Positions 1-15,900 of a stretch of 64,000 nt of DNA are shown piece by piece. Under the pieces are notes generated by a model. It saw nothing but the letters and a program-made list of their open reading frames with translations. It did no database searches and was not told the DNA's origin. Position 1 is the first letter of the stretch. Each line of letters begins with the position of its first letter. Source of the DNA: Camelus ferus (lineage: Eukaryota); assembly GCF_009834535.1 (NCBI RefSeq), contig NC_045696.1, positions 3,660,001-3,724,000 on the forward strand, read 5' to 3'. Made by a program: the position numbers and the translations under genes.

Positions 1-1237
1 GCAGGCCCTGTAGTTTACCAGCCTTGAGACCAAAGAAAGAGGCTGGGGCCAGCGACAGAGTCTTCAGTGGTTTATTGGACAGAGGACCTTACACAGAGGA
101 TCCTGCAGCAACACCACACTGTGGGTGGCACACGAAGGCAGGACACGCAACAGCCTCTGCTCCTCGGGGGAGAGGGCGGCTGTGGCTGTTTACGGGGGAT
201 TGACGTCAGGTGGGCTCATCAGGTACCGGGGAAGCCGGCAGCGGGCGCCCGCGCCTCCCAGCCCCGCAGGCTAACGACCAGCACTGGGCAGATGCTCCCC
301 TCTGATAAACTGGCAGGTGGCTCTGTGCTGGCCTAAGGACTAGAACAAGCACTAGGTGGGGCGAGGGGCAAGCAGTTCACATGGGCAGGTATGGGTGAAG
401 CAGGGGCTGGTCGAGCAGGAGTGGACACAGAGCAGGAGGACAGCCATCTTGGCAGGCCTGATCGTACACCACATAATAGGCGTCCGTCCTCAGTTGCTGC
501 GTTTTGTTAAAACGTGAGCGTGGACCTGGGTCGAGGGCAGCGGGAGCGTGGGTGGGAGAGGCTGTCCTTGAGGCTGTCTGCATTCCTGAGCTGGTGACCT
601 GTGGATACCACGGCAAGGGCAAGCCACCCGTGGTGACAGCCTGGGCACTGGACGGCTGCTTCCAGCCCGCTCTCACCAGGAGGAAGCCACATCTGCGCCA
701 CGGGGAAACAGTTGGCGGTGGGCTCCCTCCGTGTACTGAGAGGGACTTCTCTTGGAGAGAAAGCTGAGTCCAAGGGCAACACGTGCACCTTCCACGCTGC
801 TGGGGTCCAGGGCCAGTGGGGCCACCTGCCCGGGCTGGGGGCTCACCTTTGTGGGTGGGAAGGGGTCTTTGGTGACCTGATGGAACAGCACAGTAAGGTG
901 TGGCCCTTGCCTCTGGTGGTCCCAGTCCTAAGAATCCGTGCTGAGGAAGTCGAGCAGGAAAGGAAAAAAAAAAAAAAACTTGCATTACTGAGGATCACTA
1001 AGTCACCCACACTGTCAAAAATAATAAAGTCAACAGTGATACATGAGATGGGTGGGATGTTACGTAGCCACTAAAACACGCATGGGCATGTTTGTCTGAG
1101 AAGCACACGTCCTGCACACGCACACACGTGGGTCACACGTGGGTGCGGGGGGCCGTGCAGACCCCCTCCCCGAGGGACCTACCTGCGCCGCATGTCGGGG
1201 TCACCTGGGAGAAGTTAAAACAGCTGCTGAGGCCTGA

Positions 1238-1420
1238 GCCCCCGGGGCATCGGGCAGGGGCTGGAGGCGTTTTGGTTCTAACTGCTGCCTGGGGAGGGCG
1301 CCGGGTGGGGGCTTCCGGTGGATGGAGGCCGGGGATGCTGCTTGACGTGTGGTGCGCAGGATGGCCCCACCCTGGAGAACGATCCGGCCCAGTGGTCACC
1401 CGTGCCCAGGCTGAGATTCC
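1238..1420 (+). mobile_element. MER20-like hAT-Charlie MITE, degenerate
   Basis: ctggaggcgttttggtt...gaggccggggatgctgct...gatccggccc...gtgcccaggctgaga resembles the recalled MER20 consensus. Confidence 0.55.
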
Positions 1421-2636
1421 TGGACGTGGAGGTCCACTGTGCAGCCATGAGTGAGACCCCCAGTCAGAACCACTATAGAAAATGAACCTCTGCCTTCAGT
1501 CTCTGGGATTTGTGCACTTTGCAAACATTTATGGACTCTGGGGACTGATCAGTGGGCCAGAGCCAAGGACCCAGAAATTAGGGTGACAGAGTGTGTCCTT
1601 AGGCCCTTGCCCTGGAGGACACACACCTGTGTCATGCCCACCTGCACAGGTGACAAGGGCCAGGGCTCCTGGGGCTGTGGGAAGGCCAGTGGGCAGTGAG
1701 GGCTCCCTTCTGGGGCTGGTTTAGGCCACATGTCCTGGAAGGAGCAAGGTGGGCATGGTAGGGGAGGGGGAGCAGAGAACAAGTCAGAGCGGAGAGTGCG
1801 GGCTGATGGCCTGTGCTGGGTGAAGCCCTGAGACCCCCAGACTTGGGCAGAGGCAGACAACCATTGAGGTGCCCGATGGCTCTGCTGGTCGTGCCCCCAG
1901 GGAGCAGGCCTTCCAGGCTGCACCCGCTGGCTGTGGTTGGGGGCGGGATGATGGGGAGCCGAGGGGATGCTCTGGGCGCCTGGAGGGAGAGAGCAGAGTG
2001 GGGACTGTCAGAGGCCCTGGGGGGAGGCAGTTTGGCTCCTTTAAAGAGGGACTGGAGGTGAGGCCAGGACACTGGGATGTGGGTATTTCTGGAGGCTTTG
2101 TTGTGGGGGAGGGGTGTATTTGGCAGGGGGTGGGGATGCATGTCTACTAAAGGGGGCCTCGGAACAAGACAGTTTTGCTTACAGGTAGGAGAAATAGGGG
2201 GTGTTTATGTGCCGTGGGGAAGGAGCCTGGGGAGGGCAAGATGGGAGGGAAGGGGCACGGGATGGTGGGCTTCGGAGGAGCAGGTGCAGCGGCGGGGAAG
2301 AAGGTGGCTCCTCTGAGGCTGGGGGGAGCAGGGACGGGGGCTGCAGTCAGGTCGGCAGAGGTGGGGAGGGCCCAGGACAGCTGTGGATTCGGGCCTCTTT
2401 CCTTGCCAGGAATCCCAAGATTCTGTGGGTGATGCGTGATGCGCGGGGAGGAGGGCGGGTGCGGCTTCGTGGACAAAGACTGATCTGAATGTCCGCTCTG
2501 CCCATCAGGACTCGGCTGGCTCAGGCCTGGCTTGGCCCGGGGCTCCGTCAGCTCAGGTGGTACTGTTTCTGGGCCTCCTCCAGCTCAGGCCATTCTTCAC
2601 CTGAGCCTCAACGCCAGTCCCAAGGCCCTCGGCTGA

Positions 2637-3086
<450 letters not shown>

Positions 3087-4699
3087 TAAATTTAGAATGG
3101 TGAGGAAATGCTTTCAATATGACAGAAAGTAAGAGAAAAGCAGCGTATGGAATGTCACGTGGGGTCTGTTTTCAGCAGTGTGCGAGGAACAGAAATGTTC
3201 CAGGCGGATGCTGTGGGTGGGGCCACCAGTGATTTCCCCCTTATTCCTCCTGCTCTGGACGACGACCCTCGCCCTTTGTAGTGGGCTTGGGGCGCCTGGG
3301 GGCTGCCTGTCCAAGTGGTGGGTTTATGAGCGGCCAGGCCAGGAGAAAGATGGATTCCGTTGGGATCAGTAATGGGGTGCGACAAAGGAATGAGGCAGAA
3401 CTGGAAATGAGGCGTGGGATGCACATGACCCCACAGGGCAGACTCTGAGCTGTGCCAGCAGCAGCCCGGAGGAGAGGGCAGGGGCATTGGGCAGGGAACG
3501 TGACCTGGGCCGCCGGTGTGTTCTGAGCACTGTCCCCAACCGGGGGGTTTTCTCAGAGCCTGCTCAGACCCTCTGTGAAAACAGCATTTTAGTTTAGTAA
3601 TCCTGATTTTGACCCTAAAAGCCACCACCCTCTTGCCGACCAGCCCTCTGTAAGCGACGCTCACTGAGCAGAGCACCTTCCTATGAAGTCTGAAAAAACT
3701 CAGTTTACATAGAATTGCAAAAGAAGTATATGAAGGTTGGGGGGGAAAGTAAGAAAATGAGGTCGTGTGTGAAGTCTGATCGGTCCACGCAGATGTGTGT
3801 ACACACCTGTCACCACAGCCTTTAAAATAAACCTGGAGTGGCATCCTGCATCACCTCAGCACCCTGCCTTTTTACCTGGCCGTCCTTAACGTGGTTTCAT
3901 GAGCCCTGCCCCCTTCCCTCTGTGAGCCGGTGGGGCACTGAGGGCCTCTCCAGCCAAACCTGGTGTCCACTTACAGCTGGGTGGTCTCGGTCACCTCCTG
4001 GGCCTCCATTTCCTCCCCGGTGCAGTGGGGATGGTCACTGTGCCTGGCCCGCTGGGCTGGTTGGACTGGACCCTGATTGGAGAGCCCCAGGCAGGCCCAT
4101 AGGTGCCACCATTGCGGCTGAAAGTCAGGTGTTTCTTGACTGACATAAACCTGGGCTGCAGAAAGATGGGTCAGGGTGTCCAGGCCACTAGAGAGGAAGT
4201 TCTCTCTTTTATTCAAAGATTCCCTGTTCCATGTGAACTTCTAAGTCTGTTTTGATCCCAATTATGAAGTTATGCCTTAAAACCATAGAGATTTTGTTAC
4301 TGTCTGACTTTTTACCTTGATCCTGATTCAGCTGATTTAATTTGAAGGATGAATATTAGTATTTTTTAAATAAAAAGGCCTGCCTGCTCACAGCCACCTA
4401 CAAGAACCCCACCTTTGCCTGAGCACAGATTGATTGAGTTAGATTGAGTACAGATACCTTCCTTAACAGTAGCTCATTACAACTTCTCTACATGTAATAC
4501 TCAAGATGCTCGCTGCCCTGGTATTTCCAAGTTTCAGGCGCAAGGCCTGGGAGCCCATGGGCAGCCTGCCTCCTCTCCCTGGGGCCCCGGGTAGGAGAAG
4601 TGGGTAGACTGATTTGTCATGTACAAGTGACGCCGATCGCTTCTTGGTCCCACTCGTGGGCATCCCTGTCCTGCGTCCAGCTGGAGGTGACCCAGCTGA

Positions 4700-4885
<186 letters not shown>

Positions 4886-6617
4886 TAGGGAAACTCAGAG
4901 CTCTCCCCACTGCACATTGGTGGGAGGGAATGTTTAGGGTCACTGCGGATACTCGGGTGTCCAGAGCCACAGCACCCCTCACTCAGTCCTCTTGTCATCT
5001 GCTTTCTTACCTTTGGGGTGGGCCTCCAGTGAAGGAGCTGGGGAGTGGGTGTTTCTCCTGACAGCCTCCTCTCCCCTTGGCCATGATTTTTCACTGATGC
5101 TGCCCTGGCACTCATGCTCTGTCTCTAGTGCCCTGTGCCATGTCCTTGTGGTAAAGGAGGCAGGACAGCCCGGGTTTATTTTCCTGGTCAATGCCGATCC
5201 CCCCGTAGCATTTTCGAGTGAGGGACTGACCCAGCCACGGCCACATGCTCTGTGTACTTTCCATCGATGCCAGCACCCCAGTGAGCATATCTGTTCAGGG
5301 CATCCGAGCTGGCTGTCAGAGGGGCCCGAGTCCTTGGCAGACCCTGAATGTCCAGAGTGCATGGCCCATCAGAGCAGCCGGGCCACATCCAACAGTGAGC
5401 ACTGGTCAGAACTGCGTGGGGAACCCTGCCCGGAAGCTCCCGTCCAGGCCATGTCAGCTGGCCTTGTGAAATGGTGGTGGTCTTTGCCAACAAGCTCCTG
5501 GTCTCAGCTGGAAGTGCGGTTACTTGTTCCTCCCATGACTCAGGTTGCCGAGTCTTTCAGCCACGTGCAGTCCACATGAGCCCAGTGGCCCTGGAGGGAC
5601 AGGGCACCCTCAGCAGCCTCCAGGTCCTGAGGGTGGAGAAGCAAAGGCCTTGGGTGGACGGGCAGCTGTGACTTGGCCCGGCCTGCCGGCACATGGCAAC
5701 ACTGCCAGATGTTTTGACCTTTTCAAGAGAAAACGGAAATCTGTGTTTTTATGAGAAATTTCCTGTTATTTTTCAAACCACAAAGCAGACAGGTCAGCAG
5801 AGTGGCATGGCCTGTGGGCCCCAGGTTGGGGCTTTGACTTAGTGTGGGTTTGGGGGCCAGTGAGGCTAGAGGGGAATGGGGAGCTGGTGCAGCAGAACAC
5901 ATACCAGAGCCCAGTGGCCGGGCGCCACCAAGCCCTGGGTAGGGGTGGTGGAGGCTAGGTTGGCCCTGTGTCTAAGCTAGGCACCTGCTGACCGCTGGGA
6001 CGGAGCCTGCACCCTGTGTCCAGCCCATCCTCCCACGCAGCCTCCCTGAGCTTCATCTAGGGGCTGTTGGCCCCAAGTCACCTGCAGAACAGCTTCTCTT
6101 TCATTCATCTGTTGCATTCTCTTCCTGAGCACCTGTGAGGCTTGATGAGCTATAGATCTGCTTTCTGGGTTGTTTGGCCATTGGGAAGGCTGTCCGGATG
6201 GAAGACTGTCAGATCAGTGGGGACCTGGGGGTGTTCTCTGCTGCCCGTCTTGTCCACTGAGCTCTGCTGATGGACACGGGGCCACATCTGACCTGTGGGC
6301 CACTGTGTCCCCAGCCTGGCCCCAGTGGGTGAGTACTGAGTAAATGAGTCCCCACACCCATCATTTCTGGAAATACCGAGAAGTTGGGGGAAGTGATAGG
6401 AATTATGCATAAAATAACGGAGCACAACTGAGGACGTAACTCTTTGATACCCACTTTCAGAAAACCGCAGCAGTTTCTGTGACTTACTGTCTTGGTAGGC
6501 CCTGTCCTAGTGAAATATTTAAGTGAGTTGAATAAAACTGAGCTGAATACTGTTTGTAGTGAAGGCTGGATAATGGTCAATTGTGTATATAATGTAAGCA
6601 CCAATTTAAATTATTAA

Positions 6618-7028
<411 letters not shown>

Positions 7029-7263
7029 TAAGCCCTCAGGAGTGTTTGTTGTTCCTCCTGCAGCCCACCTGTAGGGCTCGAGCTAAAATCCCTCCGTGCT
7101 AGGTACCTCCCAAGAGAAGAACAAGAGTCGGGATGGGGGCGTTTGCTTCCCTCCCTGCCTTTGAGGCCCTAACTCAGGGGAGTGGGGCGTCCCAAGTGAC
7201 CCGAGGGAGCGGTTTGCTTCTGATGTTCCAATAACTGGTTAAAGCTTCCGCCAGGCGTGTTAG

Positions 7264-7644
<381 letters not shown>

Positions 7645-8157
7645 TGACCCAGGGAGATCCGTGTCCGCTGGGGCTCCTCTCTCCTCCCCCTTCACCTCTG
7701 CCTGCCCCACAGACGGCAGGGGGCCTCGCTTAGAGGAGCGTTTTGTTTCTAAGGACCCGGTGCTCCCCGTCTTCACGGCATGTATGAGCCTTGTCTCTGC
7801 GGCTTCACTGCTTCAGGAGCCGCGGTCTTTTTTTCTGCCCAGCGCAGGTTCCTGTGTTCTACACGGGCCTTGGCACCTGTGCACCTGTCAGGGGCATGGG
7901 CGAGAGACAGAGGTCGGGTGGGTGGGTGAGTGGAGAGGAGGAGGGTTCTGGAAGCCGGCCAGGGAGGGCGCACCTGCTGGGAGGTCCAGGAGGACCTGGG
8001 GTCCGTTTGTTACACTCCCCCGGCCTCACGGTTTTGCCTGGCGCGGGCCCTGCCCTAGGGAGTCTCTTCCTTTTCTGCTGGGGAGTGGGCTCTCACCGGT
8101 GTCTCGGGCGCCTGGGTGCGCGGCGGGGCAGCATCAGCTGCGGAGGTCCCGGGCTGA

Positions 8158-8355
<198 letters not shown>

Positions 8356-8724
8356 TGAGGCCTCCTGGGCGGGACTCCGGCGTCCGGGGGAGTGCGGAGG
8401 GAGGGCTGCTTCCTTGCAGAGAGGCAGGCGCTCTAATAAGCCATCTGGAGCACAGAGCAGCTTCCGTCTCCTGAGGGAGCCCTGGGCCGGGCCAGGTCAG
8501 GGGAAGTGCTAGCCTTGCTTGTCCCCTAGGCCATCAGTACCCTCCCAGCTCGCACCCTCTCCTGGACTCACCACATGGGAGGCCGCGTTGCAGGCCTGCC
8601 TATATACGACCAGAGACCCTTTCCCCCACAGTAATTAGGTTTCAAGAATGCCGGTCCCACATCTGGCTACAGCCTGTAATCAATGCTGTGTGTCCCAGCA
8701 TGTCAGCCGACAGTCTTGTTTAAA

Positions 8725-9095
8725 GCTTATTAGTCTGCTGGGGCTGCCGGGTGGGCAGTGTGAATGCAGAATAGTGTTATCCCAGTGCTGGAGGCCGGAG
8801 GTTCTAGATGGAGCAGGGCTGGTTCCTGCTGTGGCGGTGAGCGAGGGTCTGGTCCAGGCCTGTCTCCTTGGCTTTTGGATGCTGCCTTCTCCTTGTGTCC
8901 TCGTGGCCTCCCACCTGTGCATTCCTCTGTGTCCATTTATAAGGACACCAGCCATACTGGATTAGGGCCCACCCTAGCGACCTCATTTTTGACTTGACCC
9001 CTGTAAGCACCCCATCTCCAAGCACAGTCACGTTCTGAGGTGCTGGGAGCCAGGACTCCATAGTGTGAATTTTGAAGGGGCACAGTTCAGCTCAG
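8725..9095. mobile_element. MaLR LTR (MLT1-like) in PRDM15 intron
   Basis: tataaggacaccagccatactggattagggcccaccct...cacagtcacgttctgaggtgctggg signature. Confidence 0.75.
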
Positions 9096-9167
9096 ACGGA
9101 GGCTAACATCTGTGGGTCCCTCGTCACCCACGTATCCGTGGCACCATTTTAGCCCACCTGCTGTTAG

Positions 9168-9488
<321 letters not shown>

Positions 9489-9531
9489 TAAGGAGTTCCA
9501 GGTTTGCAAGTTGGACGTGTTTGCTTCCCAG

Positions 9532-9651
9532 GGGTGAAAAGCCACGCCTGTGAGCAGTGTGGGAAGTCCTTTGCCAGGAAGGACATGCTGAAGGAGCACA
9601 TGCGCGTGCACGACAACATCCGCGAGTACCTGTGCGCCGAGTGCGGGAAAG
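9532..9651 (+). CDS. PRDM15: PRDM15 coding exon ([10 protein letters not shown]...YLCAECGK)
   Basis: cttcccag acceptor, gtgagt donor; phase 1-1. Confidence 0.95.
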
Positions 9652-9668
9652 GTGAGTGCGGGCGCCCT

Positions 9669-9669
<1 letters not shown>

Positions 9670-9699
<30 letters not shown>
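9670..9699 (+). repeat. (CGG)10 trinucleotide repeat in PRDM15 intron
   Basis: Ten perfect CGG units read directly. Confidence 0.95.
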
Positions 9700-12600
9700 G
9701 GAGAGGCGCGCGGGCTGCGGCGGGGGTCGCTCAGACCTGAGTCGTTTTAAGGAAGACAAAACGTGAAGTCTTTAAGTGAGGATCCAGATGAAAAATAAAG
9801 CAGCCAAAGGTAGAAAGACGGCATAAAATCAAGGCACAAGTAAACCGTTTTAAAAGTAGGGAAATGGTGCAGCGTATGATTGTTTAAAGTCACCATATGG
9901 CCTGAGTGTAGATACAGAATCGTCCCTGGTAGTGACTACTGACTAGAACCAGCTGTTTATTAAGACGCGGATTACTGTGGCCTTTATTCTGAGCGGGTGA
10001 AATTAGTTAAATCTATTAATAAAATATCTGACATCAGTAAGTGTAATGAGGGGAAAAAAGATAATCCCAGTACCTGGTAAAATTTTAACCCATTTCTGTT
10101 TAAAAACAAACCCAAACTGTCAGGAAGCCCCGGAGCAGTGGGTTTTTCTCTGGCGGCTTCTAGCGGCGCCTGGCGCTGTGTGCAGGGGGCAGTGGCAGGG
10201 CCACCCCCACTCGGTGACAGGATAAGCCAGAGTCAACTGCTTTGCCTTCAAGATCTTTTTAAAATTTAATGTTCAGTTTTATTTGTTCCTTTATTTTTTT
10301 TTTTAAATTAAACAGAAAAGTTTGAAGGAAACACCAACACCCTGGAATTCCATTCACTGGATAACCCCCATGAGACAGATAAGATTACGTGTAAAAGGCT
10401 AAAAGAATTAAATGCAGAGAAAAGCAGAAAGTGGAAAGTTCTCTCTCCCCCGACCCTGGGCCCCAGTTCTAGAAGTGACAGTTTCTCCTCCGTTCTCCAA
10501 AATAGCTCTGTGCGGCATGTAGATTATCTGATTGAAAAAGCACCTAGCTGAAAAAAAATTTTTTGAATGACACAAATGGGTATGCCAAATAAAGTTATCC
10601 CCACCTCGGATCTCAGTAACAACCTTCAAAAGAACCCTTTAATCCTTGGCATGAACATTTCTAGAGGTTTCTCCACGTGTCTTAGTGACGGCCATGCTAG
10701 CTGGGGCTCCAGTGCCGTCTTTGCCCCAGCTCTTCCAGCCTTTCCCCCTAGGGCGAGAATGGGGTAGACCTGGGGTGGGGGTGGGCCCCCAGGTGGGCAG
10801 GGGGCAGCCACACCTGAGCCCTGGGTGCAGCTCGTCAGGCCAGGCAGGGCGGAGGGCCCAGAGGTCAGGGTCACGTCTTGTATTAGATACACTTTTATAT
10901 TTGAAATGTATTGAATGTTCAGTTTCAGGATTTCTGAACACTTCCAATAAAATGCTGGTGTCAGTACTCGGGTTACCATATTCATTGTACATAATCCTCA
11001 AATAAAATGTCGGTGGTTGTTTTGCTTTCACATTCTGGTCACTGGCACGTGCAAGCAGCTGCTTGCGCTTCCCTGTTCTTTCCGTACCTTGCTTTTTATT
11101 TACTTAAGTATCCAGCGTGGTGATCTTTTCGTATCAGAACAGGCAAATACTGCCCTAATTTTTCTCTCAAAACCTTGGCAAGTTTCCTTCCTGTGGATCC
11201 TGCCACCAGACCGTTTTATTTAGGTACTCGGGGTTTTTTGGTGCGCAGTCTTTCATCACTGCAGGCGGTGTTGCAGGAAGTGCTCTCGCATATTGTTACT
11301 TTAGATTATTTCCCTAAAAATTCTAGACCCAACTAGGCCTTGTTCCAGCGAGGGGCTGTAGAAGTGATGTGAGCCGCGCCACCTGCACCACGCCCCGTGG
11401 GTTCCGTGTGGAGCATTCGTAGCCGGGGATACACGGGAAAACACCTTGTTCAGAACACGGTGTGCCGTGAGGCACTCAGGACAGACCCCCCTGGTGGCTG
11501 GGCGACCTGTGTGGGGAAACCGCCAGGCCCTGAGCGGTGGAAGGGGTGCCCGTTCCAGGTGCGGGAATTCTCGGTGCTTAAAAAATACCTGTTTTCCCCG
11601 GAGTGAGATGTGAGCGTGGCGCAGACTGAGTCACATCCCCGCAGAGAGCGCCTGACGACTTCCACCACGTGGCAGCCACATTTACTTTAAAACTGCTCAA
11701 GGTATTTTTTTAAATAGAGAAAGATGAGCATGATTGATGCTGGCTGTGATGGGGAGGTCAGAACGGGGGTGAAATTTATTGTGTCTTTCCTCCTGTGCAT
11801 TTTCTGTGTTTTTTAGAACCATGTGTACTTCTGTAGTTTAGGGTAAGTTCATTTTAGACATACGGGGAGAAAGCGACTGGTTTAGGGCGGGACAGCAAAG
11901 ACCTTTCTGTTCATTTACTCCCTGGGTGCTGACCCAGCGTAAAATGTGTGCGAGTATCTGCCACTGCACTGCTTGTGACAGAGGACAGCCTGAAACACCA
12001 AGGGATTAATGACATCGGCTTCTGGGCCTTTGCACTGGCTTTTCCCCCACTAGGAATGCTGTTCCCCCAAGTAGCTCTCAGCCCCCTCCCACACTTCTTC
12101 CAAGCCACTTTTTTAGATGCCCTGAGGCCCCACGTTATGAGCCAGTGCCAGGCTGCCTCCACGCGCTCCATCCCCACCCCTGCTTTATCCTGCTCGTCTT
12201 TCCCTCATGTGATGCTCTGCCTTCGCTTGTTTGCCCCCCTCCACATGAAGCTGGGGACTCAGTGTGGCTCACTGCTCAGCCTCCAGCACTTGGAGCAGTG
12301 CCGGCCTGTGGCAGGAGCTCAGGGGTCTGTTAATGAGCAAATGCAAGCCATGAAAGCAATGCGAGGGTCAGGTTCATCTTGGCTGAACGAGTACCAAATG
12401 ATGAGGCCAACAGAGGTGGACAGAGGGTGGGGATTGGGAGATGTGAAGCTGCTCAGGGTGCTCCCAGGAGTGTGTCCGGCGCCAGTGTGACCTGGGAGGG
12501 TGGTCCGGGCTGCCCGAGCTCACGCTCTGGGCCGACCTCTTGTTGCCTGTAGTTTTTTTCACTATGAGTGTGTAATTTTTTTTTAACCCCAAAGATAAAT

Positions 12601-12854
12601 AATTTTTTAAGGGTCCCCCTCGCCTCTAGCCCCTGCAGCCCCACACCCTCCCTTCCTGTGCAGCATCGCTCACCTAGTGGGTCTCCCTGGCTCAGACCCT
12701 CCATCCCTAATTCAGACCCTGAGCCAGGGTCACCCCTTCTTCAGCACCTGACTTAGTGAGGTTGTAGCTCATTTCATCGCCTTCAGCAAAGGTTGACTTT
12801 GTGACATTAAACTAAAGGTAGGTTAAAGTCCGTGTTTAGCCTTAGAGCTTCTAA

Positions 12855-13967
<1,113 letters not shown>

Positions 13968-14207
13968 TGATGAGATGTATATGTTAATTTACATAGAAAT
14001 TTATGATACAGTGGGAGAAAAGCTGGCCTATACAGCAAATGAGTTCATTTTTTATGAAACGTTTGTATGTGGGTAAATGTGTGTGTGTAACAGAGAATTC
14101 AGATAGATGTCGTATGAGAGAAGGTTGTCCCTGGGTGATGGAGTGGGTCTGAAGTTCCTGGCAGGAGCCTCTAGTTGCTTCCGTGTCCTCTCTAAAATGG
14201 ACTTGAG

Positions 14208-14356
14208 GGGGAGGGTACAGCTCAAGTGGTAGAGTGCATGCTTAGCATACACAAGGTCCTGGGCTCAATCCCCAGCCCCTCCTCTAAAAACAAATAAATA
14301 GACCTAATTACTTCCCCCCCAAAAAAATAAAAATTTTTTTAAATAAATAAAAAAAT
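14208..14356 (+). mobile_element. tRNA-Ala-derived SINE (Vic-1-like, camelid type) with 14-bp TSD aaaatggacttgag
   Basis: A box (agctcaagtggtagag), B box (gggctcaatccc), A-rich tail; TSD at 14194-14207 and 14357-14370. Confidence 0.85.
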
Positions 14357-15188
14357 AAAATGGACTTGAGTCCTGCCACCGCCTGGCCCGGCCCTGGAGT
14401 GCCAGCCCCCACATCACTGGACTTCCACAAAAGTGTGCAGCCCTCTTCCTGGAGAAGCTCTCACTCCCCTGGGACTGGGTCCTGCGCCTCCTCCAGGGTC
14501 TCATGACCCTCCACCCACTGCCACGCCACTGGGGTGTAGTGGCCTCTGTCCTTCTGGCCTCCAAGAGCCACAGTGAGCGCAGGGTCTGGAGAACGAGGGG
14601 CTCAATCAAATACAGGACCGAGACGAGTAGACCTTGAGAACCACTTGCCTGGTTTCCATTTGGCAGGGTGGGTGGGGGGGGGTCTTTGTTTAAAAGGTGC
14701 TCTGAGGGTCCACCTTCTCCTCAGTTTGGAGAGCGAAGCAGTCTGACGGCTCAGAGCTTCCTTGCCAGTTTGCAGGCAAGCAGGTGACTGATCTGAGCAC
14801 CCGGGACTGAATGAATCAGAGTGTCATGAATGGGGCTTCTGCCTTCCTTGATCACGAGCTGTGTGGGGCAAGCTCATCAAATCAGATTCTGTCCAGCGAG
14901 ACCCCATGGCAGCCCTCGGGTCCCGGGCTGGAACTGTCCTTGCCGCCCTTCCTGCAGAAGGAGCTCGCCGGGGCACCGGCAGTCAGGTAGCTTCCAAGCC
15001 ACAGGTCTGCTGGTTGAGGTCTGGAATGGACATTCATTCACTGTCTCTTTTCTCCTGGTCATTTACCCTCCTTCCCCCACCAAGGCCTCTCCAGATATGG
15101 AAACGTGTCCACAAGGATAAGACAGCTTCTGTGCGCAGTGAAATAAGAATCATGAAACACGAGAAATTAAGCGTGCCTTTTTCTGCAG

Positions 15189-15272
15189 GGATTAAGGATT
15201 TCATGTGCGAACTGTGCGGAAAGACGTTCAGTGAGCGGAACACGATGGAGACCCACAAGCTCATCCACACGG
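15189..15272 (+). CDS. PRDM15: PRDM15 coding exon ([10 protein letters not shown]...HKLIHT)
   Basis: ttttctgcag acceptor, gtaggc donor; phase 1-1. Confidence 0.95.
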
Positions 15273-15630
15273 GTAGGCGCGGTGGGGCGGGTGCAGAGTG
15301 TCTGGGGAAGCTGGCTGTGCGAGCAGGGGAGGGACCTCGTGGCTACGATTCTGTTTGTAGACTTTTCCAGAATATTTGGTACTGTTCTGTCTTAATGGGG
15401 GCCCCTTACCCCTAAAATTCAGCCCATCAAAACTTTCCAGTACCCATGTGCGAACTGTCAAACACCTGAGCAGCGATGCCGCTCCGGGTTCCACGAGGGC
15501 GGAGGCCACACGGCTCTGATGCTTGCTCGTGGCCTGACCGCGGCGGGGGGAGGTGACCTGGCTGGCGACCTGAGCCGCACGTGCAGAGGGTGAGGGGTAC
15601 TGCGGGCTGAGGGGGAGACCCTGTTCCTGA

Positions 15631-15900
<270 letters not shown>

